Shown here in pieces: positions 34,901-42,500 of a stretch of DNA of 64,000 bases (positions within the stretch are counted from its first letter, which is position 1; every line of letters starts with the position of its first letter). The stretch comes from Pseudomonadota bacterium (lineage in GTDB: Bacteria > Pseudomonadota > Gammaproteobacteria > Nevskiales > Nevskiaceae), in assembly GCA_040387055.1 (NCBI GenBank), contig JAZKEM010000040.1:6-64005 (forward strand), written 5' to 3'. The translations under genes and the position numbers were made by a program. The notes under the pieces are model-generated. The model saw nothing but the letters and a program-made list of their open reading frames with translations. It did not search any database and was not told where the DNA came from.

Positions 34901-36077
34901 TTACTTCAATGCCGCGTGCAGATGGCAGAGTCGCATCATCGAAAGCTGATTCGACATTGGCTTGCGCCGTTGCGTCATCGGCCTCTCGCTTCTGAAGATC
35001 GGTGAATTCTTTCTGCAGCGATTTGGCTTTGCCCGGCGATTGCTCAACCTTTTCATTGAGCGCTGCATCTTGGCGAGCTTGCTGCTGATCACCCACGGCA
35101 GCCGCGGCATCAGGATTAAGGCCAACTGCTTTCGTCAGTGCGCCAGCACCAGGCTGCTGCGCAGCTTGTGCAACGTCGGCAATGTCTGCATTGCGCTGCG
35201 CTGCGATTGGATCAACTTTGTTTTGCTTTTCGCGTGGCGTGAAACCGGAAGCGGCACCACCAAACACACCGCCACCGATGCCACCAGCAAGGCCCGACAT
35301 AACGTAGTCGTTAGTTGCATCGTCGCCGGTTAGTTCTTGGCCAGCGCCGTAACGCTCGAGTCCAGTCTGTGCGACTTCTGTAACGCCTTCGCCTGCAGCC
35401 GACTTCAGCGCTTCCTTGCCCATGTGGGCAAGACGGCTTTCACCCGGGGCAAGATCGCGGCCCAGCATCTTCGCAAGGCCTTCTTCGGTGACTTTGCCAC
35501 CGGATTTGAGAATGTTCTTCGCAATGATTGCTTCAGGACCAAGCGCCAACTCGAGTGCGGTCGCTGGAAGCGCACCAGTCAGTGCGCGGCCCTTGTCATC
35601 AATGCCTTCTTCATCTTGACCCTGACGGATGCCGCCATATTCCTGCGCGAACGTCGGGACCAATCCGCCAGCGATACCACCAAGGATTGCACCGCGACCG
35701 CCACCGATTCGTGAGCCAAGCTTTGCACCGGCAGCAACGCCGGCCATGTTGATACCAAGCTGCGGAGCCATTTCGGCAATCGCTTGCTTCGCGAACGTGC
35801 CCGGGTTGTCCTTGATGCCCTGAATGTCAGTGACGAGGGCAGGGTTACGCGCTGCAAGGTCTTCACCGTAGTGCTGAATGCCAGAGGCAATGCCGCCAAC
35901 ATCGGTGACGTCTTTGAGCGCACGTCCGGTCGAACCGATGACGTTGCCGACAGAGCGTTTGATTGATGTGCCGACGACACTAGGCTTTTCGTACCCGGCC
36001 GCAAACGGATCTGCGATCCCTTCGTTGTTCTCGCTTACTGCGCCGGAAACTTTGAAGGGATCGAAGATGTCAGCCAT
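22968..36077 (-). CDS. Giant multidomain 'polyvalent' virion-associated protein (4369 aa)
   Basis: Single uninterrupted ORF at the distal end of the virion operon. Recognisable modules are listed as separate features: ParB-like, C5-MTase-like, N6-MTase, HExxH zincin, ART-like, PRTase-like, and a PLxRFG plus TM C-terminal region. Confidence 0.9.
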   Translation of the reverse strand: MADIFDPFKVSGAVSENNEGIADPFAAGYEKPSVVGTSIKRSVGNVIGSTGRALKDVTDVGGIASGIQHYGEDLAARNPALVTDIQGIKDNPGTFAKQAIAEMAPQLGINMAGVAAGAKLGSRIGGGRGAILGGIAGGLVPTFAQEYGGIRQGQDEEGIDDKGRALTGALPATALELALGPEAIIAKNILKSGGKVTEEGLAKMLGRDLAPGESRLAHMGKEALKSAAGEGVTEVAQTGLERYGAGQELTGDDATNDYVMSGLAGGIGGGVFGGAASGFTPREKQNKVDPIAAQRNADIADVAQAAQQPGAGALTKAVGLNPDAAAAVGDQQQARQDAALNEKVEQSPGKAKSLQKEFTDLQKREADDATAQANVESAFDDATLPSARGIEVSEVPSSNITLDSGDRFKQPTAEGIEVGTVQAEDAGQMPGVQAQLALPAPARDMVVGPDGAARRATFAENASAQQQRAEADLISGRPTGIKAPPSEVRNPKDNQPWKSYLGASAFLKKMDDGDQFAVSRVEKGQFVLARKEAVNGEQINASKVAPAGNGRQSDNASTGAANSQAELRNTAQRIGDDAARTGSGNAAPASVGVTKSQQPNPLIASDISRPDGSPFPTKIAATGARAKGGQKETHTIHPVEGGFVLRPNAAPISNEVKANVPQQNQQQQEAAISTGEGQQASAQEKAPVVPASEGTGNRSDVNSDEPEFKQFAKESGTLGVPRAEMPQVKAEHRGALVNFLKGRGISHEQEEVAPETLKATQAEYSPSKVEKAKNFEGGDRSILISSDNHVVDGHHQWLAKADSKEPVKVIRLDSPIKDLLPLVKEFPSSTKDESSASKGQDVRKAADLTKAAHEFAASNPEVQKAASSRTAFDEALPEALNQWYNDTVDGPTKAKDHKFLKEVLTAQKTLNDESWRENIFNETRKRVGLPAHDSKGKGQIRTLLDPSAIGLDDDWKGKQFKVGEWEGGSGFKRATRPVAENNPDPDLDSNDFPPTFKDAHEVEKAFGLPFSTRPEPKEKVKGKAATTQAQKSPVQNGKKLTPSDDARLKDQSYHDKLREMANEAGWATVGGRILRGPDNEVSGRTTWVPHAPWFAEFARGVKLPGSDYGVRQAVTKALDGKPLTASEKRAIQWMLDFVDSGRAEDAAFDAANSVDPFDPTLADHLEAAGADASNEDDLQIAALTAQAHDIDADATEEAAIRHQDDDAGYRRALEEIVNGTESKQNQSAETLRSGSGVREGSQSQGSRQHSEANSEGQGSSGQVDLFGAAPVKEQALADAQRAKDAQRNGTKDVPADIDGGLFSNQQKQTDLVDESDLAERTKANIAGETQARASLIILRDMLDAGSDTMNDGQFSPSITEQASQLSDRITAALDNGDDLISIHSDAVETVSEWLKNDDAGEATNELRGILKALGASSIAPPATSANGEQSPTLKALQANLENLTTKRERMQTQHMQKYRDGSATRAQTTTYNARSSDLNEQIQEVRDQIRALESASNVKTAPEHNAYPTEGASEADLKKIAAEFSDAQESMINGDDQVTHVFDAPKKSEIVRLNDKVKVHVSKHGWMTPAEAKQKIKEWKQHAEKQGKENRSENSQKVVLSLFDLSGEWSKPWEEAGYQVYRFDIQDDAEVGDVTNFSADFFGDWFGDFEGQDIHAILAACPCTDFASSGARHFAAKDSDGRTVSSVKLVHQTLATIEYFKPAVWALENPVGRIESLGGLPPWRTSFDPYNFGDTYTKKTLLWGRFDGDMPIAPVEPVEGSKMHTQYGGKSQATKNARSVTPEGFAYAFFMANNAVDNPVQAVAGKYDRLDRSAIKDALDAGITPKEIDSIVEDFYYQDLDDDAANKALREAVEAKKPNEDPVEAKIEAAEKSGVVLNDSDKNAIRMAFKKADELQRKANGIVGRSSDPMNKGNAFPLGVGFTKMTKRKEQAIDSSVKKAGIAVGIYKQAESLEAQANSLLAGKGTSADIARRAEAKEKSKIEIVRKILNLKKGDKIAGMNVERVTFGAGKQPVSFTISGEGIVKGVHDKIDIAKTFFGGDRDELRKVVDQVRAETTETESNAAVETAPDSAFKTADETIAALRDGTATVEQYRSAFTALIDNVASVKAELAGKNKDALYDLIGGRGYGREYKKPELVDQVYQAFVRSFALGKEYGPTGYMMAPGALERHEAAKLKALTELVNGQSAESLAEYAADMKKKREEFASQRAARVESIKSPKTLEDFYAFMRFHTGEGKKHRDARLMLTPEQREAYDALSAEKSRSTRKVQKDESREIRVAGQKVDAEIIATKHTKKLHDLFVVRLGERVPREDYDTLNTAAKRMGGYYSSFRGAGAIAGFQFTDRPTAEAFVKLANGDATAANETAQTRRDAFQDDRSQTAVERLTEMADALEERADESLNADRKTNTNRRAAMASRAEANANASKALAKTMRNIAKAVESGKAKFLDRVRQKTQVELLTTTINTAKDDELRAKYDSYGEQLKHKGEPATSDTVEFATFPSFTMYRSDLASLARQLEDVDGLKLISTRLLKVADDVSDEYTKFAKANWEKVSPYTINDGKPAVIPTREAAETAIRRSGLLGKAIVMPLGRGKNAIVMSPSEAIGRGIWKGDGDKRISLVHEIGNEIVTKLKGRKDVPAPWQFVSASDKLKTLARMGIETPAEYRSALREFIGLREQAAEPDKIKQMERAMVGRRNDGLDFFPTPETTADEMVDAAGIEPGMRVLEPSAGMGHIADRIRAAGVEPDVVEMSGDRRELLEAKGFNVVGSDTMDLKPETAGQYDRIIMNPPFSDGRDMQHVRHAYDLLKPEGRLIAIMGEGAFFRDNKQAREFREWLESVGGTDEKLAEGTFEDPTLPVNTSVNARMVVIEKPAGETPEFRMSPSYNTVQQSTTAEVLKALNDKLGAAGVKSLMDRGILNIVQSADDLPSTMRAKMSSQIAGRVRGLYDGKAAYIVADNIEASEAISIVLHEIGEHYGLKQMLGADQYSKLLNDVRRMRAAGNPIVRSAWNRVERNYKNITPGSDRFVREVIAHVGESAEASSAPWFQRVMQAIRQFLWSKGFKFIKLDHNDLRAMVSASLRKAMAGMNAATAEAGQSLKESNIKQTDTPAFKKWFGASKVIDANGEPLIVYHGTDSDFDAFDKKRQREGRLGKGFYFTSSPEEAKVYGKNVIPVYLQIDRLYNGRTRETIGSGKTHGIEYSLTKGGGRVFLVQGSEQIKSASGNRGTFNPNDSRIDFSLKGKYGSDRADWNGFPPVHRMQPLGAAQKHADYVAAKAGDPAAAYRVAHDLLDDKKLEELSKALGDSSPTVVPVQSVEATGRNMLPRAYAELLGQKLGLPVDENIMQSVRAFHTNANAYERIASQPAFDGDVKKGGNYLIVDDTQTIGGTLANLRGHIEANGGHVILASALTGHESTADITLRPAMRDKLLAKHGAKLDDYLHENFGFGIDQLTQGEAGHLAAAPSLDAVRDRIAEGRRTLGLEDDQSADRSGQESGQVLGKDEPMYSLADARAPEAIGDIRQRIGDMLDNRRTFNRWWHETVGTQYHKAQVDKDYGRVYNRTQEYLTDVSRFALGAADLASDILPKFESFSDLTKSGASPRELKPVADAIFRGTLEDQKHYTESELRDRFNLNPKQIRLYQQARTAINKSLSDVAITDMVKLARPNISDAVAREAAAAGSMRAARNLLVNSAPALADDFDQKIGRVNQLISEGYAPLMRFGEYSLHVTDKAGETVYFSMFENAADRNRMERLMQEQYPDALIKSGVVNDETYQMFKGMTPETLELFAGVTGMDKDDAFQQYLKLAKNNRSALKRLIHRKGIEGYNPDLKRVLAQFITSNARAASSGLHMGEMTKAWEAIPKEKGDVQKQAGRLIQYIQNPREEAQGLRSFLFFNFLGGSVASAMVNMTQPVTMSMPYLSQWGAGSAAKELAAGMKIAMQRPEAISDAGLRAAMQRAIKDGTVEPHQIHELTAASMRSEGDWGKFDKARELGNKGLFIWGRMFSLAEQFNRRSTFAAAYQIGRKLSGEQLAAARATDAYDFAAKAVHETQGVYNRGNRPNWARGAVGATVFTFKQYSISYLEFVKRLPRKQQLMTLGVLVLSAGVNGFPGAEDLDDLIDTIAQGLGLSWNTKEERNKAISAVITPIFGQGATEFAQSGVSTFLPIDVAGRMGMGNLIPGTGIGLKSQNDKGREFAEAVGPIGGLAKNYGKSAADLLSGDISGAVKSAMPNALQNAINGYQMAQLGYARDDKGRRVIDTTTADAVSKAIGFNPRKVAVESRAVEIKRQDIDLNRATSSEIAEEWAQGIFEHDQDKVNKARAKLMRWNAKNPDSRILIAPSSIQQRVKQMTMTRAQRFIKSAPKGMRAEVSDALKDQ
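22971..25579 (-). other. C-terminal PLxRFG-type region with hydrophobic segments (aa ~3500-4369)
   Basis: APLMRFGEY is at aa 3710-3718 (PLMRFG core 24930..24947). Hydrophobic stretches are FLFFNFLGGSVASAMVNM and LMTLGVLVLSAGVNGF. Confidence 0.55.
25848..26294 (-). other. Phosphoribosyltransferase (PRTase)-like module (aa ~3262-3410, approximate)
   Basis: GGNYLIVDDTQTIGGTLANL matches the PRPP-binding loop pattern (hhhVDD..tTGgT). Confidence 0.6.
26433..26765 (-). other. ADP-ribosyltransferase-like module (aa ~3105-3215, approximate)
   Basis: LIVYHGTDSDFDAFD...GKGFYFTSSPEEAKVYG is an H...Y-type pattern, as in the polyvalent-protein ART clade. This call is from motif memory. Confidence 0.45.
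26898..27380 (-). other. Zincin-like metallopeptidase module (aa ~2900-3060, approximate)
   Basis: IVLHEIGEHYG contains HExxH (aa 2966-2970; 27165..27182 spans HEIGEH). Confidence 0.5.
27468..27995 (-). other. N6-adenine (amino) DNA methyltransferase domain (aa ~2695-2870, approximate)
   Basis: Motif I is RVLEPSAGMGHIA. Motif IV is IIMNPPFS. Confidence 0.75.
30693..31289 (-). other. DNA cytosine-C5 methyltransferase-like domain (aa ~1597-1795, approximate; compact)
   Basis: VVLSLFDLSGEWS resembles motif I, AACPCTDFASSG resembles motif IV (PC..FS), and WALENPVG resembles motif VI (ENV). Confidence 0.6.
33633..33935 (-). other. ParB/Srx-like nuclease domain within the giant ORF (aa ~715-815, approximate)
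   Basis: ...GGDRSILISSDNHVVDGHHQWLAK contains the DGHH(R/Q) signature of ParB N-terminal-like domains (DGHHQW = aa 792-797). Confidence 0.65.
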
Positions 36078-37601
36078 TTATTGCCCGTAGGTGCGTTGGT
36101 AATACGCTTTGAGCTGGTCATCAGACTGTCCCTTATTACGTGGGTCAGCTTTTGCCGCTGCGAGGAACTTGTCTAATGTTGGAGCTTCTTGGCCCCCTGA
36201 ACCCATAGCGGGCTGAGCGGCGCCAGACGGGGGCGTCAGCCACTTTTTATTTTCAGAGTCGTAGAGGCTGTCCGCCATGATCGGCTGACCAAACGAATCA
36301 GTGCCAGCCACGCTGCGAACACGCTGAAGTGATGCTTCGCGTGGATCTTTGCCAAGACCAATGAGCGCCTGACGCTCGAGTACGCGACGTGCATCCGATC
36401 CAAGGTTTTGATCAGACAGTTGATCAATGATCGACTGTTGACGCTGAGCGTTCTTGTTTTGCAGGCCTTGTGCGATCGCTTGCTCGCCACCAAGAGCGTT
36501 TTGCGTTTTCGCCTGCTGGTCATTCAGGCGTAGTTCCTGCTCTTGCTCCGGCGTACGAATGAAGTCTTTATTCGGCGCACGACCAGCCGCATCAGCGGCG
36601 CGACCTTCGAAATCCGTTGCAGCGGCGAGTAGCTGACGCTGAGTGCGACCGCCCTTAACAAGGCCAACACTGCCCGCAGAGATACGCGCGTTACGTGCAG
36701 AATCGTTGAGTGCATTGCGTTGTGCGATCTGATTCTCGCTGGACGTGCTGGCTGCCAAGTCGACTGACTGGCGAGCGCGAGCGTCCAAACTTTGCTGCTG
36801 GCTTTGATTCACGAAGTCTTGGGTGCGTTTCAAATCTTGCTCGTTGCCAATGACCGATACGCCACCGCCTTTCTTTGCAGCGTTGAATTCAACGCCACCG
36901 GCAATCGGCTGATCACTGAACGTGTTGCCATTGCGATACACGCCAGAACTAGCGCCATCAGCGCCAGGCGCATCATCTTGTGCAGAAACTGCACGCGGAT
37001 CATTCGGCAGATTCGTTGGTCTTGCGATAGACGCAGGGTTTGGCAGAGGCGCTGCAATACCTTGCTGTGCTGGGTTGTCATTCGCACGCAGGATGGATCC
37101 GAACGATTGAATGGGCTCAGCGCCACCGAAGCCACGAGCGACATTCACCGCACCTGTGCCGATATCGAGTACGCCAGCGCCTACGTCAGAGACCACGCCA
37201 GCCGTGCGAGCGGCGACGTCTTTAAAACCATTTTCACCAACAGTCTTAGGATCCAGCCCCAAGCGGTTGTAGTAGTCCTCGGTTGGGCGGCTGAATGCGT
37301 CAATCGATGATCCAATCGCGGCCGCAGGGATTACACCTGCAGCTATGCCGCCTCCAACTCGACTAATGCGAGTCGCTTTATTCAGCGCGCCGACTTTGGG
37401 TGGCGTTGCTGGTCGTGCAGTATTTGCGGCTGAAGGCGCTGCGGCACGTTGCTGAGCCAGTGATTGCTCTGCAGCGACAGAATCAGCGGTGCGCATCTGC
37501 GCAAGGCGCTGTTGAGTCTGAGCATCAATCGCAGGGCGAACACCTGTGCGCGCTTTACGCTGTGCTGAGTCAGATTGATAAAGCAGATCATCAATGGCCA
37601 T
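36078..37601 (-). CDS. Putative internal virion/ejection protein (507 aa, Gln/Ala/Gly-rich)
   Basis: Its stop abuts the giant-ORF start. The composition is low-complexity and the gene lies within the virion operon. Confidence 0.5.
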   Translation of the reverse strand: MAIDDLLYQSDSAQRKARTGVRPAIDAQTQQRLAQMRTADSVAAEQSLAQQRAAAPSAANTARPATPPKVGALNKATRISRVGGGIAAGVIPAAAIGSSIDAFSRPTEDYYNRLGLDPKTVGENGFKDVAARTAGVVSDVGAGVLDIGTGAVNVARGFGGAEPIQSFGSILRANDNPAQQGIAAPLPNPASIARPTNLPNDPRAVSAQDDAPGADGASSGVYRNGNTFSDQPIAGGVEFNAAKKGGGVSVIGNEQDLKRTQDFVNQSQQQSLDARARQSVDLAASTSSENQIAQRNALNDSARNARISAGSVGLVKGGRTQRQLLAAATDFEGRAADAAGRAPNKDFIRTPEQEQELRLNDQQAKTQNALGGEQAIAQGLQNKNAQRQQSIIDQLSDQNLGSDARRVLERQALIGLGKDPREASLQRVRSVAGTDSFGQPIMADSLYDSENKKWLTPPSGAAQPAMGSGGQEAPTLDKFLAAAKADPRNKGQSDDQLKAYYQRTYGQ

Positions 37602-37625
37602 CGTTGTGCTCCAAATGTTTCATAG

Positions 37626-39503
37626 TTACGGCCCGCCAATAACCGGCGGTTCTCCTTCGCCACCGTCGACGCTGTAGCCGACAGAGAGCCCGTAGTTGTA
37701 ATCGGCAGAGGTCGATACGCCCATCGTTGCCGAAATGTTGAGTGCTGAAAGCGTGCCGACTGCGAGCTGTCCAGCGACTTGCGCGATACCTTTCTGCGCT
37801 TCAACAGCCAGCGACGCTGACCGTGCAGCACCTTCAGAAATGCCGCGCGCGTTCTCGATGGCGACACTGGCTTGCGCGCGTGAGGAATCTGTTTGAGCTG
37901 CATACGCGGCAATGGCAGAGCGAGTTGTGTCACTGACAGCGCCAGACTGCGCGACGTACATGCGGACCTTGCCGTCGTAGACAGATCCAAGAGTTTGGAT
38001 CTCCTGCGCCTTTGCTGAAATGCGCTCGCGCACTGCACTGAGACGCGCCTGATAGCCTTCGAGCTTCAGGCGTTCACCATCCATCTGCGTCTGAATCGGC
38101 TTCAGCGTTGCATCAATGGTGCTGCCGTACGCGCGCACACGTTCGGCATAAGCCGATACCGACGTTTTGTAAATGTCAGCCTTGGCATTCTGAGCGCGAA
38201 CCTTCTCGCCCCACGCCTGATACTCGGACGATTTAGCTTGTACCTGTGCTGAGAATCCTTCGATCTCTGCACGATACAAACCGACCTGGGCGGTCTTCAT
38301 GTCGACCTTGGCGCGCACTGCTTCAATGCGTGCCTTGAAGATGCCAATCTTTAGTTCTTGAGCACGGACACGCTCAGAATAAATCCGGATACGCTGCTCA
38401 TTCACATCGCCAACAAGCCGCATTGCTTCAAGCTTGCTGCGATAGATATTGAGCTTCTGATCGTTTTCCTGAAACTTCAGGCGGTGCAGCTCTACCTTGA
38501 CGTTAAAGCCCGAAATCTTCGCGTTGAACAGCGAAACTTCAGCGTTGAAATATTCAAGCGTCAGGCGAGCCGTAAGCTCTGCGGCCTGCATTCTGCGGGC
38601 AGACGACTGATTGAACAGATCAATGAGCTGACCTTCGAGCACCAAGCCTTGCTGCACAGCAGCGCGAAGATTCTCGGACTTCTGTTCGTGAATGCGAACC
38701 ATGATGTCGCGATTGATCGTGCTGACTGCATCTTGGTTGCGCTGGCGGACCTCATCGATGCGGCGATTAAGCTCGCCTTGAGGCATTGAGAATCCGCGTG
38801 CTGACCATTCTTCAGTGACTTCTTGCACAGCCTTGCGAGCGGTGATGTCTTCACGTGAACGCGCACGATCAAAGAGCGCCGTTTCAACTTCTGGCGGGAA
38901 TCCAGCCCCGCCGGAGAGCATCGACTGAATGGCATCTTTTGCGCTGGTCTGCAGTTGATACGGATTCTCGGTGTACGAGAAATTCACCGCAGGGACGCTG
39001 GCGGGTGCTAATGGAACAAGCCCGGTGAACGTCGGCACCGTGAGTATTGGTGCAGCCGGAATATTCAACGTCGTCAGCGACGGCGCAGTCAGCGATGCGA
39101 TGGCCGGCGCATTGGGGACATCGACGGTGTAGTCGATTGCAGGAGCACTCGGCGCTACGGCCGACAGGGCAGTCGGTGCACCTGAAAGGTCCAGCTCCGG
39201 CGCCAAGTCCGTGAATTCTGGTGCGTCAGGTAATGACGTGAAGATCGGAAGCGTTACAGCATCAGGATCCGTGATCGCATCGAATTCGACTTCTAAGTCT
39301 GGATCTTCCGGTGGTTCCGGCAGCGTGAAGTCGATGTCGAGTTCTGGGAATGTCGGGAGCGTTACAGTCGGCGCATCGGGCAAGGTAATGCCAGACAGCG
39401 TTACCAATGCCGTTTGTGCAGTGGAAAACGCCGAGGCTCCTAGGCCATAAAGCGTTTCGTAGCCGCCGTTGACGATTTCGCTGACATCTTCATAGATCGA
39501 CAT
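37626..39503 (-). CDS. Putative internal virion protein with long coiled-coil region (625 aa)
   Basis: The N-terminus has Pro/Ala/Thr-rich repeats (APSAPAIDYTVDVPNAPAIASLTAPS...). A ~350-aa heptad-rich helical region follows. Confidence 0.5.
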   Translation of the reverse strand: MSIYEDVSEIVNGGYETLYGLGASAFSTAQTALVTLSGITLPDAPTVTLPTFPELDIDFTLPEPPEDPDLEVEFDAITDPDAVTLPIFTSLPDAPEFTDLAPELDLSGAPTALSAVAPSAPAIDYTVDVPNAPAIASLTAPSLTTLNIPAAPILTVPTFTGLVPLAPASVPAVNFSYTENPYQLQTSAKDAIQSMLSGGAGFPPEVETALFDRARSREDITARKAVQEVTEEWSARGFSMPQGELNRRIDEVRQRNQDAVSTINRDIMVRIHEQKSENLRAAVQQGLVLEGQLIDLFNQSSARRMQAAELTARLTLEYFNAEVSLFNAKISGFNVKVELHRLKFQENDQKLNIYRSKLEAMRLVGDVNEQRIRIYSERVRAQELKIGIFKARIEAVRAKVDMKTAQVGLYRAEIEGFSAQVQAKSSEYQAWGEKVRAQNAKADIYKTSVSAYAERVRAYGSTIDATLKPIQTQMDGERLKLEGYQARLSAVRERISAKAQEIQTLGSVYDGKVRMYVAQSGAVSDTTRSAIAAYAAQTDSSRAQASVAIENARGISEGAARSASLAVEAQKGIAQVAGQLAVGTLSALNISATMGVSTSADYNYGLSVGYSVDGGEGEPPVIGGP

Positions 39504-42500
39504 TTATATTCTCCGGCTCAGTTCAAGCATCTGCAGATGGATGGCTTCGAACTCAAAGTCAGCGCCGTTCACGTTCATCAACTCAAATTGCCAGTGGCGT
39601 GATGCCAGGCCTTTCCCGAGATTTATCTTTGCTTCGGTGGCGGTTCCATTTACTGGCTTGTTACAGCGATACCAGTATTCGCTTCTTTCGCCTTCGTGCT
39701 CCACAGTAACTTTGAGCACCAAATCACCGTTTGCGGTGTAGCCGATGTGCGCCTCGAGTGGTCGTTTGATCTGTGCGGATCCAAAGTCCATGTCACCCGT
39801 GCGAATGCTGGCGGCAATCTCTGCGCCTTGGTCATCATCGCCTTCGAGCAGGAACAGACCAGCGTCAGAGACCGCGTAATAGCGATCACCCAAACGACAC
39901 ATCGAATCGAAGTTCCAATTCTGATATTCAGATGGAGCGCCAGATTCGGTATTGACCACCCAAGCTGCGTACGGCTGGCCTTCGATGAACAGCACTGCAT
40001 CAATGTTCGCGATATCGCTGATGGACAGTGACGCACGAAGCATTGCGCTGACTGAATCGTCGAGCTGCGGGTGATCGATCAGGAAAGCCGTCTTCGTCAT
40101 CTGCAGCGAGAGCAGTTGATCCAGCTCAGCCATGCTGAGAGCCGAAAGCTGCTGAATCATGCGCGTGACCATCGCGCTATCCGCATGGATCAAATCACCA
40201 AGCAGAAGGCCAAGGATCGTGCGTGTGTCGTCGCTTGCTTCGATGATTGACTGCAGCGACAGGACGCCGCCGGTATTCTCAATCAAGTACAGCGACAGGA
40301 TGCTTCCGACTGGCGTGCTGAATTCGTCGCTGTCTGTTGAAACAACAGCAAGATATCTTTCGCCAAAGGTAACAACGCACCTGCGCTGAACCGCGCCGCC
40401 CAAAAAGTCAGGCCGCTGGTCTGGAATGTCTTCTTTAGGCTGATACGTCTCGCCATCCACTAAGTAAATTACAAGCGCATTCTCGGGATCAGTGCTGAGC
40501 GCGGTGCCGGTGGCGAGATACGGGAACAACCGCGAGTAGCTGAGGCCACGATACTCGGCACCAGACGTCGGCCATGAATCATTTACCTTCGTGAAAGTGT
40601 CGCCATCACGTCGATACACGATGACATCCGGCAGTACGTTTGCTGGGTCAGACGGCAAATTCGAAACAGCAAGATAGTTGCCATCAGCCGACCATGTCGG
40701 GGTGACGACGTTGTCCAGCGAATCTGGGGCGATATCAGGATACAGCGCCGTAAAATCATCGCCATCTCGCTTGAAGATTGTCAGCTTGTCGGTGCCGTAA
40801 CCTCCTACCGCGAGGTAAGTGCCATCTGGGCTCCACGCATGCTCTGAAGCAAAATTCGGCGCAGTGTAGGACGGTGTTGGCAATTTATTGAATACATCGC
40901 CGGTTCTCTTGTAGACAAACAGGCTCGCTTCACTGTCATCAACTGTCGCAGATAAGTAAGTGCTATCAGGGCTCCACGCGAGTTCTGCGCAGTAGCTGGA
41001 TGCCTGAATATCAGGAGCATCAGGAAGGCGGATGAAGCTGTCGCCATCACGCTTGTAAATTGCGAGTCGAGTATCACCGCCACCAGAAACAGCCAGGTAA
41101 TTTCCGTCTGGGGAAATCTTTGCGTGATACAAATCATAGATCCCTACATCAGATGGAGCAGGGGACAGGCAATCTGCAAGCTCGACGAACGAATCAACAA
41201 CACGCTTAAACACGCGCACTGGCGGAACCGCGTTATTGACCGCAGTCACAAGGAAAGCATCGCCAGCGGCAAAGCTTGGCGGGCAGAATCCGTTTCCGGC
41301 GAATCCGCCAGTCGTAAAATCGGCGATGTGCGTTACAGGATTCGGTGAAGGCTCTGGTGGTTCTGGCTCTTCACCGAATGTGCGATAGAAACTCAGAATC
41401 GCTTGTGAATCGTTTTTCCATACAGCGCCAAATGCAGCTTGGCCAAACGCTGCGAAGGTATCGAAGATGCTACCGCTAGGACGCGTCTCAGGTAGTTCAC
41501 TTCTACGCACGAAACCATCATTGACGGTGTAGATGCCCAGAGTTTGCGACGAGTCTCCACCATTGAAGCCACTGGCAAATAATGGAAAGGCAGGAGAGAA
41601 GCTGGTCGTGCGGCCGCTGTTAGCTGCTTCTGGCGCTGGATCTCCGATGCGAGTGAAGTTGTCACCATCACGAGAGTAAACGAGCACCGGTGATGAGCCG
41701 CCAGAATTGCCGACAGCAACGTACACACCATCAGGACTCCACGAAGGGAATAATCCCGTGTATCCATCCGGCTGTTCATCAATCGTATCCAGCGCTTCAA
41801 AGTTATCGTCTGTGCGCTTGAGGATCGCAAGCCAATCAGCATCAACATCGCTATAGCCAGCTACTGCGAGGTAAACACCATCTGGGCTCCATGCCATATC
41901 CACTGCGACGGCATCGGCTGGATATGGCGGAATATCCAATTTCGTGAACGCATCATCAGTGCGTTTGAACACAATCAGGCTGCCGCCTGCATCAGCGCAC
42001 GAGGCTGCTAGATACGTGCCGTCTGGGCTCCAAGCTAAGCCACCGGAGTAGCTATACGTTGCGCTGACGTCAGGACCATCGATGCGATTGAAGAATGAAC
42101 CACTGCGCTTGTAGAGCAGTAGGCCGGTATCAGGCGAGCCGTCTTGAAGAGCTACAGCCAGATAGTTTCCGTCAGGGCTCAGTACTGCATTGACGAAAGA
42201 CGATGATGTGATCGAGTCGACTGGCGGATATAGCGAGTTAGCGATCGCGGTGTATGACGTCGCATTCTTTCTGAAGATCTTGACGTATGGTACTTCACCA
42301 ATGCCCAAAGCCACGAACTCATCATCATTCGAAAAGCTGGGCGGATAAAAGGTGTCTGCAGGAACATTGAAGTCGCGCAGATGCTCAATGAAGTATCCAG
42401 ACGGATCAGGTGCTGGCGCAACAAAAGCCGATCCCAGATCTTCCAGTGTCGGGGCCATTTGGCCAGCACCCAAGATCTCAGGCGAGACATTGCCGAGTGT

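Noticed and set aside
22968-36077. Dozens of 60-255-aa ORFs in other frames or on the other strand inside the giant gene (e.g. 27895..28653, 30518..31285, 25602..26225)
   Set aside because: All are nested within one continuous 4369-codon ORF that has clear domain motifs. Their Ser/Arg/Ala-rich composition is typical of off-frame translation of GC-rich coding DNA.
22968-36077. Giant ORF as an N4-like virion RNA polymerase
   Set aside because: I could not find T7/N4-type polymerase motifs (TxxGR, motif A/C Asp pairs in context, motif B R...K...Y). The recognisable motifs are methylase, ParB, zincin, ART and PRTase types. This cannot be fully excluded without profile searches.
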